This document shows, piece after piece, positions 25,822-39,453 of a DNA stretch of 64,000 bases. Origin of the DNA: Massalongia carnosa. Taxonomy: Eukaryota. The DNA is taken from NCBI GenBank assembly GCA_965645245.1, contig OZ287082.1, positions 558,001-622,000 on the forward strand. Direction: 5' to 3'. The notes under the pieces are model-generated. The model did no database searches, was not told the DNA's origin, and was given only the letters and a program-made list of their open reading frames with translations. The position numbers were made by a program, and so were the translations under genes. Position 1 is the stretch's first letter; each line of letters begins with the position of its first letter.

Positions 25822-27191
25822 AATTCAAATGCGAGCAAATTCGATAATACTAACGATTCAGGGCGAACAAATCTTGAAGGTTGATAATAACACCGAAAGC
25901 TCAAATCGGCGATATCGATTCACTGTTGCTTCGAAACCAAATCAATTAGCTATTTAAAGACGCGAATTTGACTATCGTTGTTAACACGGTCGAAAAGTCT
26001 AAAACGGATCAAAAATTCGTTCTGACTACTAGTCCTGAAAACACTGCTAAAGATTTATTGAACAATAATAGTTCGAAAGGATAAATCGTGGTTTAAAGTA
26101 ATCGCCCATGGCATAAATATTGCAACGTTTGCTGAAAACATGCAATATATGCAGGATAAAATTCAAAAGGTTCAATTCGAATATGTAATTATGCGATATT
26201 CGAAGATGGCTAGCACGTGATCGTCAAAACAAGATCAAATCATCTTTTGTTTTGACGTTCAATGATCGAAATATGGCTTTGAACGCGATGAAAGGTGTTA
26301 ATATCCCGGGAAGATACTGTGACATGGAAATATTTACCTTCTTCCGTCTGAATACGCAATGCACCAATTGCCAAAAATTTGTACACAAGAATTATCAATG
26401 CAAAAATCAAGCGAAATACAATATATGTGCCCAAAATTATGAAACTCATAGTCATGAATGCACAACTTGCAAATCAAAAATCGCCTGTGCATATGTCGTA
26501 GTCAAATGCGTCAATTGCAATCAAAATTATCAATCAAATAATGAACGGTATGAAATGATTGCATCGTTAAACGTTCGAAAATCAACTGACGAATTATCCG
26601 TTTTGTACTAGCAGGACATCATTCGTTGACAAATATCGAAAATATACAAAAACTCAAGTTTATTCAACACAACTGTCATGAAATCGAACCAATCCGATCC
26701 AGAATCAATCCCGCAGATGAATCTGACTAAGCTCCCGTTCCTCTATTCAGCTTAGTCAGAATCTCATTAACTAAATCGAGTTTAGACCCCTCTCAACGGC
26801 TTCAGGTCAAAGCTGTACCATCACCATCAAAGCGTACCAACGACAGGAGAACCTCATCTCCACCTTTTATCGTCAAACACCTCGTCAAACCTTCGTGCCG
26901 TACGTCTCCTAATAGGGGGAGATGAACACTGATCGAATCTTCATGCAAAGGGGTTCGAGACAAATATAAAAGGAAGGACAAGTTAATTAGATAGTTGACT
27001 CCTTGTCCGACGTCTTGTATAGCAATCCATCACCTAGCTATAGCCTTATTAATAAAGACATCTTGATCACCCAATCCAATTCCTAGGAACATTAGTTCAA
27101 TCCCCTGCCCAGTCCTTGACATTACGTCGGACCTACATCGAAAGGTGCCTTTCATAGCACTAGCCCCTGTCCCCCCTCATATTCCACCATC

Positions 27192-28385
27192 ATGTCTTCG
27201 TCTTCAGAAGAGATGACCGTCCCCCAAAATCCTCTCATCGACGAGAACGTGAAGTTGTTTCAAAACCAGTTCCAAACCAATCCTGAAGCATTCGTCGCGG
27301 AAATACGACGACTTCAAGACGAGGTGGCCCGGTTGCAGGCCGCCCCAGCTCCCGACCCCCCTATACCCACTCCAGCATCAACCTCGTCTCCCTCGTCCGT
27401 TCCGGCAATGGACCCTCAGATAGCTGCCCTCCTGCAGCTCCTTTTGACCCGGAATTCCGAGTCCAAAACCGATCTTCGTTCCGAAAAACTTCCCGACATC
27501 TCCGAGTACGATGGAGATGAAGCCAAGTTGGACTCCTGGGAACAGAGCCTGATTCAACGGATGCACGTTAATCATGATCGATACTCCACCGATGCCTCCA
27601 AGATTGCATACGCGGAGAATCGGCTCACCATCGGGAAACGAGCTCACAACCTTATGAATGCGTATCGAGTGGATGGCATTTGTAGACTCACCACCTTCTC
27701 CGAATGGCGTTCTGCTCTTCGCCTAGCCTGCGGCAACCCCTTCGAACAAGAGGATGCCCGTAAGTACCTTCGAGAAACCCTCAAGCAGGGCTCTCTGAGT
27801 TTCGAAGAGTACAACACTCTCTTCTCTCAGAAAAAAGACCGATCCAGAATGGAAGACGCTTCGTTGATTGATGCCATGAAGGCAAACATCAACTACTCCG
27901 TTCAAACAGCGGCCGTCCACTACCGAGTCCCCGGCACCAATCTGGAGCCAATCACCTTCGACGAGCACGTCGCAATGTGGTTAAGCACGGACCGGAAAAT
28001 CCGTCAGATCCGTCATCTGGCACCCAAGGCCACGACTCCGGCCACATCAGCTCCCGCCAATCGAAGAAACGGCACCAACCTTCCTGCTGCCCCTTTCCCC
28101 CGCACTGTCGTCACGGGCACGGTCACCCCATTGATCCCAACCCCCGCCTTCCCCCCAGCTGGAGACCCCATGGACCTAAGTCAGGCCATGGCGGCTGTCA
28201 AAGGTCAGTCGTTGAAAACCGAGGGAGTAAGGAAGATCTGCGAGAATTGGAACCTGTGCTTCTATTGCAAATTGCAACACCTCGGGTCGGCCTCCGACTG
28301 TCCAAATAAGCCTACCAAACGCCTTCGCAACATGGAAGTCGTCTCGACCCTCACTCCCGAGACTGACGACTCGGGAAACGTCTAG
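27192..28385 (+). CDS. gag: Gypsy Gag
   Basis: 397-aa open ORF after the 5' LTR; PMDL motif; CFYC..H..C knuckle. Confidence 0.9.
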   Translation: MSSSSEEMTVPQNPLIDENVKLFQNQFQTNPEAFVAEIRRLQDEVARLQAAPAPDPPIPTPASTSSPSSVPAMDPQIAALLQLLLTRNSESKTDLRSEKLPDISEYDGDEAKLDSWEQSLIQRMHVNHDRYSTDASKIAYAENRLTIGKRAHNLMNAYRVDGICRLTTFSEWRSALRLACGNPFEQEDARKYLRETLKQGSLSFEEYNTLFSQKKDRSRMEDASLIDAMKANINYSVQTAAVHYRVPGTNLEPITFDEHVAMWLSTDRKIRQIRHLAPKATTPATSAPANRRNGTNLPAAPFPRTVVTGTVTPLIPTPAFPPAGDPMDLSQAMAAVKGQSLKTEGVRKICENWNLCFYCKLQHLGSASDCPNKPTKRLRNMEVVSTLTPETDDSGNV

Positions 28386-28428
28386 ACTCTGCGCATCGTC
28401 GCGCGCAGAGCCCTATTTTAATTTCTTC

Positions 28429-31400
28429 TTGTCTGTTAGCCAACTCGTTTTCTCCCCCCTTCAATCAAACACTCGTTTTTCCGCAGCCTCCGCTTTGGAG
28501 CTGTTTGAAACCGAAGAAGCGTTTCGAGATAGCCACCTAGTGGTATCATGTATCTTACGTTTAGGTAGATCTCGAATTCAAGCTCTCAATCTGATTGATT
28601 GTGGTGCATCTGGCTATGCATTCATTGACAAGAAGTTTGCGCAAACTCACCAAATCCCCCTTCATCCCCTCAAATACGCCCGACGCCTTGAAGGCTTCGA
28701 CGGTCAGCCGGCTCTGACTGGAAATATCACTCATGTGGCCGAGGTAATCATGGACTTAAACGGACATGTAGAAAGATTATTCCTTTTCGTAACAGGACTG
28801 AAAACCTACCCCATCGTCCTGGGACACCCGTGGTTGCGACGACATCAAGCTCTCGCTGATTTCGAGTCCAACTCTCTCTCCCTGTCTTCCTCTTTCTGCC
28901 TGGCTCATTGTAGCCCTCATCCAGTCAAGGTGAAGGCCTACACGGGCGAGAAATTCCTATCTCCTGCGGAAAGTCAGGAAGTATGGGAATCGGAAAACTA
29001 CTCGTCCAATAGTCAAATCCTGTCCGAAAAACCTGTCCTGTCCGATAAAACCACGCTGCGCGATAGTAAGACAACTTCTCTCGAAAATCAGGACATCAGT
29101 CGTATCGAAAAAGCGATTGAACAGGGCGAGTCACCGAAAATCCGATATCGAAGTCCCTCTTCGTATCGCACCTCCACTCAGCGACATGCTGCCCAGCAGA
29201 ATCGCAATCCTCCTGTTTTGGACGTCTGTGAAATCGGCGCCCTCAACTTCAACTATCTCGGACGAAAAAAGAGTCACGAGATGTTTGCTCTCTCCTTGAA
29301 AGAAATCGATCACTTTCTCGGCCTGACTCAACCTGAACCTAAGCCTGAACCCAAACCCGAATCTCGCCTTCGTCAAGAGACTGACTGGGCACACTCAAAA
29401 CCAACCTACCAACCCAACCCCCGGTCCAGCCCTAGTGAAAAGAAATATCACTTAGCCCTGTTCCGTATGAACCAGGCTCTGACACAGTTATGTTCAGTGA
29501 CCGAACCCGAACCTCAACCCTTGACACTGCAATCAGCAGTGACCGCCGAAGAACTGAACGCTTATCGTGAGCGAAAGAACGTCGACCCAGCCCCCCTTCT
29601 ACCCAAACAGTATCACGACTTTCTGGATGTCTTCTCCAAAAAAGAATCGGACGTCCTGCCCGAACACCGACCCTACGACCATGCCATAAAGCTAAAAGAA
29701 GGCTCTCCAATCCCGAATCAAGCTCTTTATGGCATGAGTCGAACCAAAATCGAAGAACTCCGACGCTACCTTGATGAGAACCTGTCGAAAGGCTTCATCC
29801 GAGCTAGTAAATCCCCCGCTGCCTCCCCAGTCATGTTCGTAAAGAAGCCAGGAGGAGGACTTCGCTTCTGTGTCGACTATCGAGGCCTCAATGCCATCAC
29901 GATTAAGAATCGGTATCCGCTTCCCCTGATCACCGAAACCCTGAATCGCCTGAGTCGGGCTAAGATATTCACCAAGCTGGACATTATTTCAGCGTTCAAT
30001 CGGCTCCGCATCAAGGAAGGAGATGAAGAACTCACCGCATTCAGAACCCGTTTTGGCCTCTTCGAATCCCTGGTCCTACCATTCGGCCTCTGTAACGGCC
30101 CCGCCTCCTTTCAACACTTCATCAATGATACTCTTCGAGAGTATCTCGACGACTTTTGCACGGCCTATCTAGATGACATTCTCATCTACAGCGAAATTGA
30201 AGGCGAGCATGAAATCCACGTCAAACGTATCCTCATCAAGCTGAGAGAAGCCGGGCTGCAAGTAGACATCACCAAATGCAAATTTCATGTCACAGAAGTT
30301 GCCTATCTCGGACTAATCGTAACCACCGAGGGAATCAAAATGGACCCCGCTAAAATCGAAACAGTAACTCATTGGCCAATACCGATCAATATGAAAGATG
30401 TACAAAGCTTTCTGGGATTTGCTAACTTCTATAGACGATTCGTATACGGCTTTAGTAAGATAGCCGGCCCACTGACGAATCTAACCAAAAAGGAGGTCAG
30501 CTTTCAATGGACTGACAAATGTCAACAGGCATTCGAAACTCTAAAAAAAGCTTTCACCTCGGAACTAATACTGATGCATTTCGATCCCGATCGTCCTATC
30601 ATCGTGGAAACCGATGCTTCGGACTACGTCTCTGGTGGTATCCTTTCTCATTATGACAACGAGAACGTGCTTCGCCCCATCGCATACTTCTCCAAGAAAC
30701 ACAACCCGGCCGAATGCAATTATGAGATCTATGACAAGGAACTCATGGCCATCGTCCGATGCTTCGAAGAATGGAGACCGGAATTGGAAGGTTCTGCTCA
30801 CCCCATCAGCGTTATCTCAGATCATAAGAATTTGGAATACTTCGCTTCAACCAAACAACTCAGTCGTCGTCAAGCTCGCTGGTCCGAATTCTTATCCCGA
30901 TTTGACTTTAAAATAGTCTATCGACCCGGAAAAGCTGGTGGAAAACCAGATGCACTGACTCGTCGCTCAGGAGACCTCCCTAAAGAGGGGGATGAAACTG
31001 ATGAAAGACATAAACATCAGCATCAAACCATCCTGAAATCTCATAACCTGGACGACGAAGTGGCGAAAAGTTTCTTATCCACGATTATCCTAGCCCCCGC
31101 GTTCATCGAACAGGATCCCGAGTCCGTTGAACATGATCACGAGTTCATTGAACCTGAACCACAGCTGGATCAGCCTGCCGACCAAACCAATCCTGGCCAA
31201 GACCCGACCGACGTCCCAACTCAGCTGTTATGGGAACAAGCTCTGGAACAGGATCAATTCTCTCTGAAAGTTCTAGACATGCTTCGCAATAATGTCAGAT
31301 ATCATAACGGCATTCAGCTAGCCGAATGTGAAGATAAAGAAGGGATTCTTTATTTTCGAAACCGTCGATACGTACCCAATTCGGATCGGCTCCGTCTCCG

Positions 31401-32763
31401 TCTCATTCAACAGGCACACGACAGCGTAGCAGGTGGCCATCCCGGTCGTTCCAAATGCTACGAACTAATGAATCGATCATACTGGTGGCCCAGTATGCAT
31501 CAAACCGTCAAACGATTCATTCGTAACTGTCACACCTGTAGACGATCCAAACCATCCCGCCAACGATACCAAGGATGGCTACGCCCTCTGTCCCCACCCG
31601 AACGTCGATGGCGTGACGTTTCCATGGACTACGTAGGTCCGCTGCCTCCGAGCACCTTCATGGGTATAACCTATCGTTATATCCTCGTCTTCATCGATCG
31701 CCTTTCCAAGATGCGACATTTCGTCCCCACCACCTCCATGGAGGTAGAAGAGGCTGCTAACTCCTTCTACCAAAATGTATGGAAATTACACGGTCTCCCA
31801 GACGCCTTGATTTCGGATCGAGGCACCCAATTCACCTCCGATTTCTGGGACATCATGTGTAAACGGCTTAGAATTGATGCTAGGCTATCAACCAGTTTTC
31901 ATCCCGAGACAGATGGCCAAACCGAGAGGGCTAATGCAACCATGGAGCACTATCTTCGGGCATACGTCAATTACATGCAAGATGACTGGGCCCAGTACTT
32001 ACCCGGTGCCGAATTCTCCAGCAATAACACCGACTCCTCCAGCATTCTCGCCTCTCCCTTCCTGGCTAATTATGGACAACACCCCAGGGTAGGATTCGAA
32101 CCCGAAGAGCCCCTTCCGCAAGACCTGACCGCCCAGGGAATCGCTAACCTGATCGCCGCCAATCGATTCGTAGACAAGATGCGAGACGTAGACACTCACC
32201 TACGAGAAGAGATGTTGATCGCGCAGGCCTCATACGAATCTTCCGCCAATGAGAACCGCCGTCCCTGTCCTCGTTATCTTGTAGGAGACATGGTATGGCT
32301 GAACACCCGAAATATCCAGACAGCCCGTCCGGCAGCCAAACTGGACGATCGAAATGTCGGTCCTTACCGAGTCTGTAAGGTGTTCGCCAACCCTCTTGTT
32401 GTTTAACTGGAACTCCCCGACACGGTTAAAATTCATCCGGTCTTTCATGTAAATCTGCTACAACACGACGCAGACGACCCCCTCCCAGGACAAATTCCCG
32501 AGCTTCGCGACCCAATAATAGCCGAAGATGGACAGCGAGAATGGTATGTCAACAGCATTCTGAACTCGAAACTGGACAGACGTTATCAATCTCCGCTTCT
32601 CAAGTATTTCGTCAACTGGGAAGGACATACCCCCACCTGGGAGCCATTTCACCTACTAACCAACTGTCAACAAGCTCTGGACGAATTCCACGAAGCCTAT
32701 CCTGGTGCATCCGGCCCACATCTCACCCCCTGTTCCATTCCTCGATGTCGCTGTCATGAATAA
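28429..32763 (+). CDS. pol: Gypsy Pol (protease, RT, RNase H, integrase, chromodomain); one in-frame TAA at 32404-32406
   Basis: LIDCGAS, YLDD, ETDAS, GHPG, SDRGTQF, FHPETDGQTER. After the stop the same frame reads IHPVFHVNLL..EWYVNSILNS..YFVNWEGH..TWEP (chromodomain) to TAA at 32763. Confidence 0.93.
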
Positions 32764-33942
32764 AACTGCTTCGCAGGAGCTCAGCTCTTGAAAGGGGAGC
32801 TACTGTCATGAAATCGAACCAACCCGATCCAGAATCAATCCCGCAGATGAATCTGACTAAGCTCCCGTTCCTCTATTCAGCTTAGTCAGAATCTCATTAA
32901 CTAAATCGAGTTTAGACCCCTCTCAACGGCTTCAGGTCAAAGCTGTACCATCACCATCAAAGCGTACCAACGACAGGAGAACCTCATCTCCACCTTTTAT
33001 CGTCAAACACCTCGTCAAACCTTCGTGCCGTACGTCTCCTAATAGGGGGAGATGAACACTGATCGAATCTTCATGCAAAGGGGTTCGAGACAAATATAAA
33101 AGGAAGGACAAGTTAATTAGATAGTTGACTCCTTGTCCGACGTCTTGTATAGCAATCCATCACCTAGCTATAGCCTTATTAATAAAGACATCTTGATCAC
33201 CCAATCCAATTCCTAGGAACATTAGTTCAATCCCCTGCCCAGTCCTTGACAACAACTTTGTAAAGTCAACGAATGCAATGATTTGTGTCTGGAATATGCA
33301 GTATTAAACCAAATTGATATTTTTTTATTACAGGAACCTTGGACACGCGATGAAAAAACAATTTTTTATCCGTCATTCACATGCATTATCCCGAAAATAG
33401 CAGCTTATCGCTCGAGAGTAGCTATATTTGTCAGAAAATGTAATTCGAAATTACAATGCACGCCTAGAACGGATCTTATTGACGATACCGATATGCAAAT
33501 TATACAGGATACAATTGATGAAGTTCGAAAAGTGCATATTATCAACAGTTACAATGCAAAAAGTAAAAACGATCGAGAAACATATACAATCGACCGAACT
33601 TTAGTCAAATATCAACCTAAATTCAATGATCAATTCGGAATGTGTGGAGATTTTAGTGCAAATCATATCTAGTGGAATATCGAAAATTCAGCATGTAATT
33701 CGATCTGAAAAGCTAGTGAAATTGTTAAAATTAAACAAGTGTAGTTTGATTAATACGCTTGATTTATGCCCATTTTACGCCCATTCTGGAAGCTCTTCAT
33801 CTGTTATTGATTTCACCTTAGCAAATACTAAAATAGAAAATGCAATAAAAAATTGGTCAATCGATGAAAATGCAGTCACAGGTTCAGATCATGAAGTTTT
33901 CGATTTGAATTAATAACTTCTTTTAAGAGTTTGAGAACATAT

Positions 33943-35127
33943 TGATTGATTGATTTTTCTTACGCCGATATGACACCAGCTGAAGCTGGCCCATGCGGGA
34001 GATACTACATAGGCTATATAAAGGCAGAAAACCCGAACGGGTAAAAAACTGCTCCTGCGTACCAGGTTTGTAGAGGACTCGCTCTTTCCCCGGGTTGATC
34101 TCTACGGTTTGGGAAACCCGCTATACCCGTTATGCGCCTGAGTAAGTGCAAGAATAAAAGAGAAGAAAAGAAAATAAGTAGAAGAAAAAACCAATTCTCC
34201 TCTCATTATTGCTCCGTCATTTGCGCGGCAATGGTGTACTGTGTTAGTATGCCCGTACGCATAAGCCATGCAGTGATTATTTTGATCGCTTTGGGGTCTG
34301 TTATCAGTTTTTGATAATCCAGCGAGCCAGCTGCACGCAACATATCGATTCTATTATGCAATCCGCAGAACATTATCACATGTTTCGCCGTTTGAAAGCG
34401 GCTTCCGCACAGGCAGGCCGCGGACTCAATGTCTGGCACCTTGCGTTTGAATAGAAAACTCGCTAACCCGATTTTCTCTGTTCTAATTTGAATTGCGAGG
34501 GAGCTTTGCGCCTTATTCAGCAGCTTGTGCGTGTTCAACCTGTTTTTGTGCAATGGACCCGACTGTGCTATTGTTGGATCAAGCGTATGTATTGATTGAT
34601 ACGCTATCCATTTGTCCTTCCATTTTTCTTTAAATCGTTTCGCTATGATTCCGTCTCTTTCTCTTTGAAGTGCGGCATATTCTGCTCGTTTTTCCTCTTG
34701 TGCATTCTCCGCTTTTTCCCATGGTGGTGTGCGTTTGGGCTTTCTCTTTGTTGATACTTCAGCTGTCAGCTTGGCCACCCATCTCTGTCTACGAGCTCCC
34801 GGTGTTTCTCCAATAATCCGTTGTCGCCCTCTTTTCCCTTTCAATCTCGTTCTGATTTTCTCGCATGCCTGTTCTATGACTTTTGCCTGACCGTTGTGTT
34901 GTAGCCTCGATCTACCTTTAGCCTGCAGATGATCCAAATGTTGCGTCAATGGACAGATGAATGTTTCCGCCTGTAACACCTCGATGGGTGTGGCCCTGTA
35001 CGCTCCGGCTACTACTCGTAAACATTTGTTTTGTACGATCTCGAGTTTGCTTTTCCTTGTGACTTTGACGTGCTTTTGTGTTTCCTCCGGCGTGTGCCAT
35101 ACCAGAGAACCATGGGTCATTGCCGGG
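33943..35127 (-). mobile_element. Tad1-like LINE B, 5'-truncated
   Basis: 14-bp TSD GTTTGAGAACATAT (33929-33942, 35128-35141). ORF2 C-terminus (GAYRATP, CLCG..HVIMFC). (TCAA)n tail. Confidence 0.92.
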
Positions 35128-37299
35128 GTTTGAGAACATATGCAACCGCATAATCAAACAAATACAATTGCAATAAAGCCGATTGGGAAAAGTTCGCAAA
35201 GTTTTTAGATTAAAATTCAATAAGCTACGAAACACAAGTTCAAAGTTTATTGAATAATCATCAATTCGACGAATTAGCGATTTATTTGCATGATATTTTT
35301 AAAGAGGCAGCTGAACTGTTTATTCTGAAGACTAAAATATGTGCCAAATCGAAAAATTGGTAGTCGCAAGATTTAACCGAAGTTCGAAAAATTATGTCTA
35401 GACATCGTCGAGAATGGAAGAATTATCCGTCTGATTTTAGTAATAGAACGTTTAAACATAGTCGTATCGAATATTTTCATACAATTCGAAAAGCAAAACA
35501 ACAAACTTGGTTGACTTTTCTAGAAAATGCAGCGAATAAAGACGTATTTACCGCGTATAAATACACTAAACAGCGCATGTTCGAAAAAATACCACCGATT
35601 CAATATGAAAATAAGTTAAATTTTCAATTCGATGACCAATACGATGCATTTGTTGCAGCAATGTACACAAAAAATCCATTTAAAGACGATAATTTCAAAG
35701 ATTTATCGAATCAAGCCAATGAAGATGACTATATTTTGCCGGATTTGGCAGAAAACGAAAGGCAAAACGCGATTAGTTTGTTTAATCCGAAAAAAGAATG
35801 TGGACCTGATGCTGTCAATTTCACAATTGTTCAAAAATGGTTTCAATCATTGAAAAACCTGTTTTTTATGATTTATTCAAAATTCATACAAACCGGTTTT
35901 CATCAGTTGTGCTGGCGACCAGGTCTCGGTGCAGTTTTGAAAAAACCTAATAAATCAGACTATTCGCTGCTTAAATTATAACGAATTATAACATTACTAA
36001 ATTGTTTTGGTAAAATTGCTGAGAAAATCGTTGCAAATCGGCTTGCCTATATCGGCGAAAATTCGAATTTATTAGAAATCGAACAGATGGGCGGACGGAA
36101 AAATAATTCTGCAATTGACGCAGTCATGACCGTCGTTCATGATATCGAAATAGCAAGTCGAAAAAAGAAGGTTTTATCATGTTTATTTCTCGACATCAAG
36201 GGCGCTTTTGACTTTGTGTCGATTAATCAGCTGTTAAATTTCATGAAAAACCTTAAATTATCTTGCATAGTTATTTAATGGGTCAAATATTTTATGACAT
36301 AACGATCGGTCAATCTAATATTGGATAAAAATAAAAGAAAAACCTGCTATGTTGAATCAGGAACTCCACAAGGAACACCTATTTCGCCTATATTATTTTC
36401 GATATATATTCGTCACTTATTTTCGAAAGTACGAATGAAATTCAATGCATATTCTCCTAGTTTTATTGACGATATTGCAAATATGTCGAAAATAAAACAG
36501 CAAAACAGAAATGCAAAGAAATCGAAATTATAGTTAAAACAGCATTTGATTGGGCCGCATCGAATAATGTCAAATTTGATAACGATAAATCCGAGCTGAT
36601 TTACTTCGAAAAGACAAGAAATTCATCGAAAGAGACACTGCAATTACCAAACGGAACTATACTAGAATCGAATAATATAGTCAAATGGTTGGGAATCTGG
36701 CTAGATCGAAAACTGAATTACAAAAAACACGTCGAAACTCAAATCCATCTGCAAATCGGTCGTTCTTTGCGATTCAAAATTTGATGAACTCGGAATGGTG
36801 TCTAAAATCGACTGCATGCAGATAGCTTTATTTGTCATGCATCGTTCCTATTTCGGATTATGGTTCAGAAATTTGGTACAATAGTCAAAAGAAATATGAA
36901 AAACCTTTACAGAATTTTGCAAAATCGGATGATTCGAAAGATTTTAGGAATATTCAAAACTACACCTTTTCAGGCGATGAAAATTGAATCACATGTATTA
37001 CTAGTTAGATTACGATTATTTATGAAAAATCAAAAATATACTTTTCGATTGTTGAAGATTGCCGAAAATAATCCATTTGTCAAAGAATTCCAAACACATA
37101 TTCGATTAAATTCGAAAATATCGGTTTTCATACTAGCTTATGGAACAACAAATATGCCGAATGGAACGAAGACGAAAAATAAAAAACTAAACGACATCCT
37201 AGTCAGCTTATTCGCGTTCTGTCCTCCGTTTCGGTCATAGTTTACAAAAATGACGAATTCGAACAATCAAATAACTTTATAAACAATGGAATTCGTCGT

Positions 37300-38923
37300 T
37301 GTAATGGGCTACAAGACCAGTAAGCTAATCACGAGCGACACTGATTCTCGAAAGGGGAAATGCTAAGCGTGAGAGGAGGAAGATAGCTACTAGGTTCTAG
37401 TCTCCGAGAGTATACGTGATCCAAAGAACTAATGGATGTGGAAGTGCTCAGACCAAGAGATCTCGTCCGAGACCCAAACGTAGGTTGTTCATAGAATAAA
37501 GACTAATTGCTAACGAATACTACAGGTGTTACAGCGGTACTCAGTACTGCTAGCCAGCGGGCCCAATACATGAGCGCCTAAGGAGGTACGGTGACGTACC
37601 GGGCGCGGGGCATCTTTATGTAGTGTAATAAGCGGTAGTGTCTCTATAGGAGAACTACCATAGTAGCCTTTTGGCCCAGTAGATTAGGTGACTTATTACC
37701 ACCCTTGTTACAGTATGGTAGTTCTCCTATGGGGCGCCTGTTCGAGTCCCGCTGTAGACGAAGACTTTTACCTGTGTCTGTGTGAGCAGGCTAGCCAGAG
37801 GGCGGGTCTGGAAGCTACAGGGGATGAGCGTTCGGCTCAGCATGCAGGTCTACTGGCGCATGTGGGACTTACTATTCATAGACCCCCCCAACGGATGACT
37901 GAGGACAGTCATCCGGGTGGGAGGGGTGTATTGTTACAGCGGTACTCAGTACTGCTAGTCAGCGGGCGCAATACATGAGCGCCTAAGGAGGTACGGTGAC
38001 GTACCGGGTGCGGGGCACCTATATGTAGTGTAATAAGCGGTAGTGTCTCTATAAGAGAACTACCATATTAGCCTTTTGGCTCAGTGGCTTAGGTGACTTA
38101 TTACCACCCTTGTTACAACAGGATTCGTTCTGGTATTTATCCTACTCACCCCAAGTCTATAGCCTTGGGAGCCTTGGAACCTTAGGAGCCTTGCAACCCA
38201 CTTCTGACCTTATCGCCTTATATCTAACCATCCCTCAGGATCCATCTACGAACTCGGCGTTCGCTGGATCATCTAGTCAGCCTCGAGCAGCCTTCTAGAC
38301 CTTCCCTTGCAAGGTTGAACACTTCTACCTCCGGCTAGATCCCTCACTACATTGCTAGCCCGCCTCTAAACATAAAGTCTAGACGCCGAGGCTATGTAGC
38401 TTCATTTCGCCGTCACCACTACCAACGTAGCGATAGAAGGTTACCTCCGACTGAATCTCTATCTACACTGCGGACCTGCCTCTAGACATAAGGTCTAGAC
38501 CACAAGGTCATGTAGGTTCACTCAGTCGACATCACTAACAACGCAGCAATAAAGGTGGAAGCTGAAGTTTACACCGGGGAGGCCGAGCTCAAGCTGCGTC
38601 CAGCTAGCCGTGCCTCCTGCTACAACTCTTGATCCATCGAGAGATCGAGTAGCTCCGAGTAGGCCAGTAGATTCCATATAGAGTTCACGGCTTCTCCACA
38701 GGAGTTCGCCTTACACCATGGCAATCTACCACCACGGCCTCGACAGGTGTTTGATCTGTAAGCAGTCTAGAACGTAGTAACAACTAATTCGGAGTTGTGT
38801 GGCAAGGTGGTGTCGTGTCAACCTCGACAGCTGTGCGACTAAGTACTACGGCCTGGCTCATGCTAGTTAATCCCGCAACCGCCGTAGGCGATCACGTATC
38901 CTTCTAGCGCCATCCGTATTACA
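37300..38923 (-). mobile_element. Solo LTR (~1.0 kb), copy 2, carrying a TRIM
   Basis: Same family as 24804-25821; own TSD GTCGT (37295-37299, 38924-38928). Confidence 0.9.
37527..38117 (+). mobile_element. TRIM (miniature non-coding LTR retrotransposon), 591 bp
   Basis: 186-bp direct repeats TGTTACA...TGTTACA at 37527-37712 and 37932-38117. 219-bp internal region. PPT GGGTGGGAGGGG. TSD ACAGG. Empty site seen in solo LTR copy 1. Confidence 0.93.
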
Positions 38924-39453
38924 GTCGTGTAAAGTCGAATTTCAATCGAAAAGTAAAAAGAAACAGCTAAATCAAGCTATTATTCGACATTGTCTAAAAT
39001 TCAATCTATGAATTCCGATATATCACGAATATTACTTTATACGGATAGATCAAAATTCGTATTTGCAACTTATGATCTCACATTTGCACCAATTATTATT
39101 TGAAAGCAATTATCAGGTTATTTTGCAATTGGTTCCGAGTCATTCCAAAATTACCGGAAACAAAATTGCAGACAAAACAGCAAAGACGGGCCGTAGTCGA
39201 ATCCTAGTCGAGTCCTCGGAGATGACATATGATTATGTAAAAGAACAAATAAATCAAAATATTCTAATAACATAGACGAATCAATGGCAACAATGCAAAT
39301 CAAAAGGCAAATACTACGAGAAATTCGAAATGAAACCTGGCATATCGAGTTTTTATTATTTGTTAAACAACTATTCCAAATTGATATTTGCTACTATTAT
39401 ACAATTAAATTCGGAAATGGCTATTTGCGATCATATTTTTATCGATTGAAATA

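Larger units (their letters stand above)
26674..33251 (+). mobile_element. Ty3/Gypsy chromovirus LTR retrotransposon, full length, very young
   Basis: 448-bp LTRs at 26674-27121 and 32804-33251 (one difference seen). TSD ACAAC. PPT GAAAGGGGAG before the 3' LTR. Confidence 0.97.
22422..39450 (+). mobile_element. AT-rich LINE copy 1 (ORF1 with Zn knuckles; ORF2 APE-RT-RNase H), decayed, five direct insertions
   Basis: ORF1 begins near 22492, with CTNCQKFVH-type knuckles at 26252-26611. APE LQEPW and GSDH at 33283-33913. RT GPDAV, FLDIKGAFD, GTPQGTPISP, FIDD. RNase H VPSHSKITGNKIAD. Boundaries approximate. Confidence 0.85.

Noticed and set aside
37688..37978. 96-aa ORF in the TRIM
   Set aside because: GTG start, spans LTR boundaries, no recognisable domain.
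24804..38923. One 14-kb LTR element bounded by the two 1-kb LTRs
   Set aside because: Each LTR has its own TSD (AATTC versus GTCGT) and the interior is a continuous LINE.
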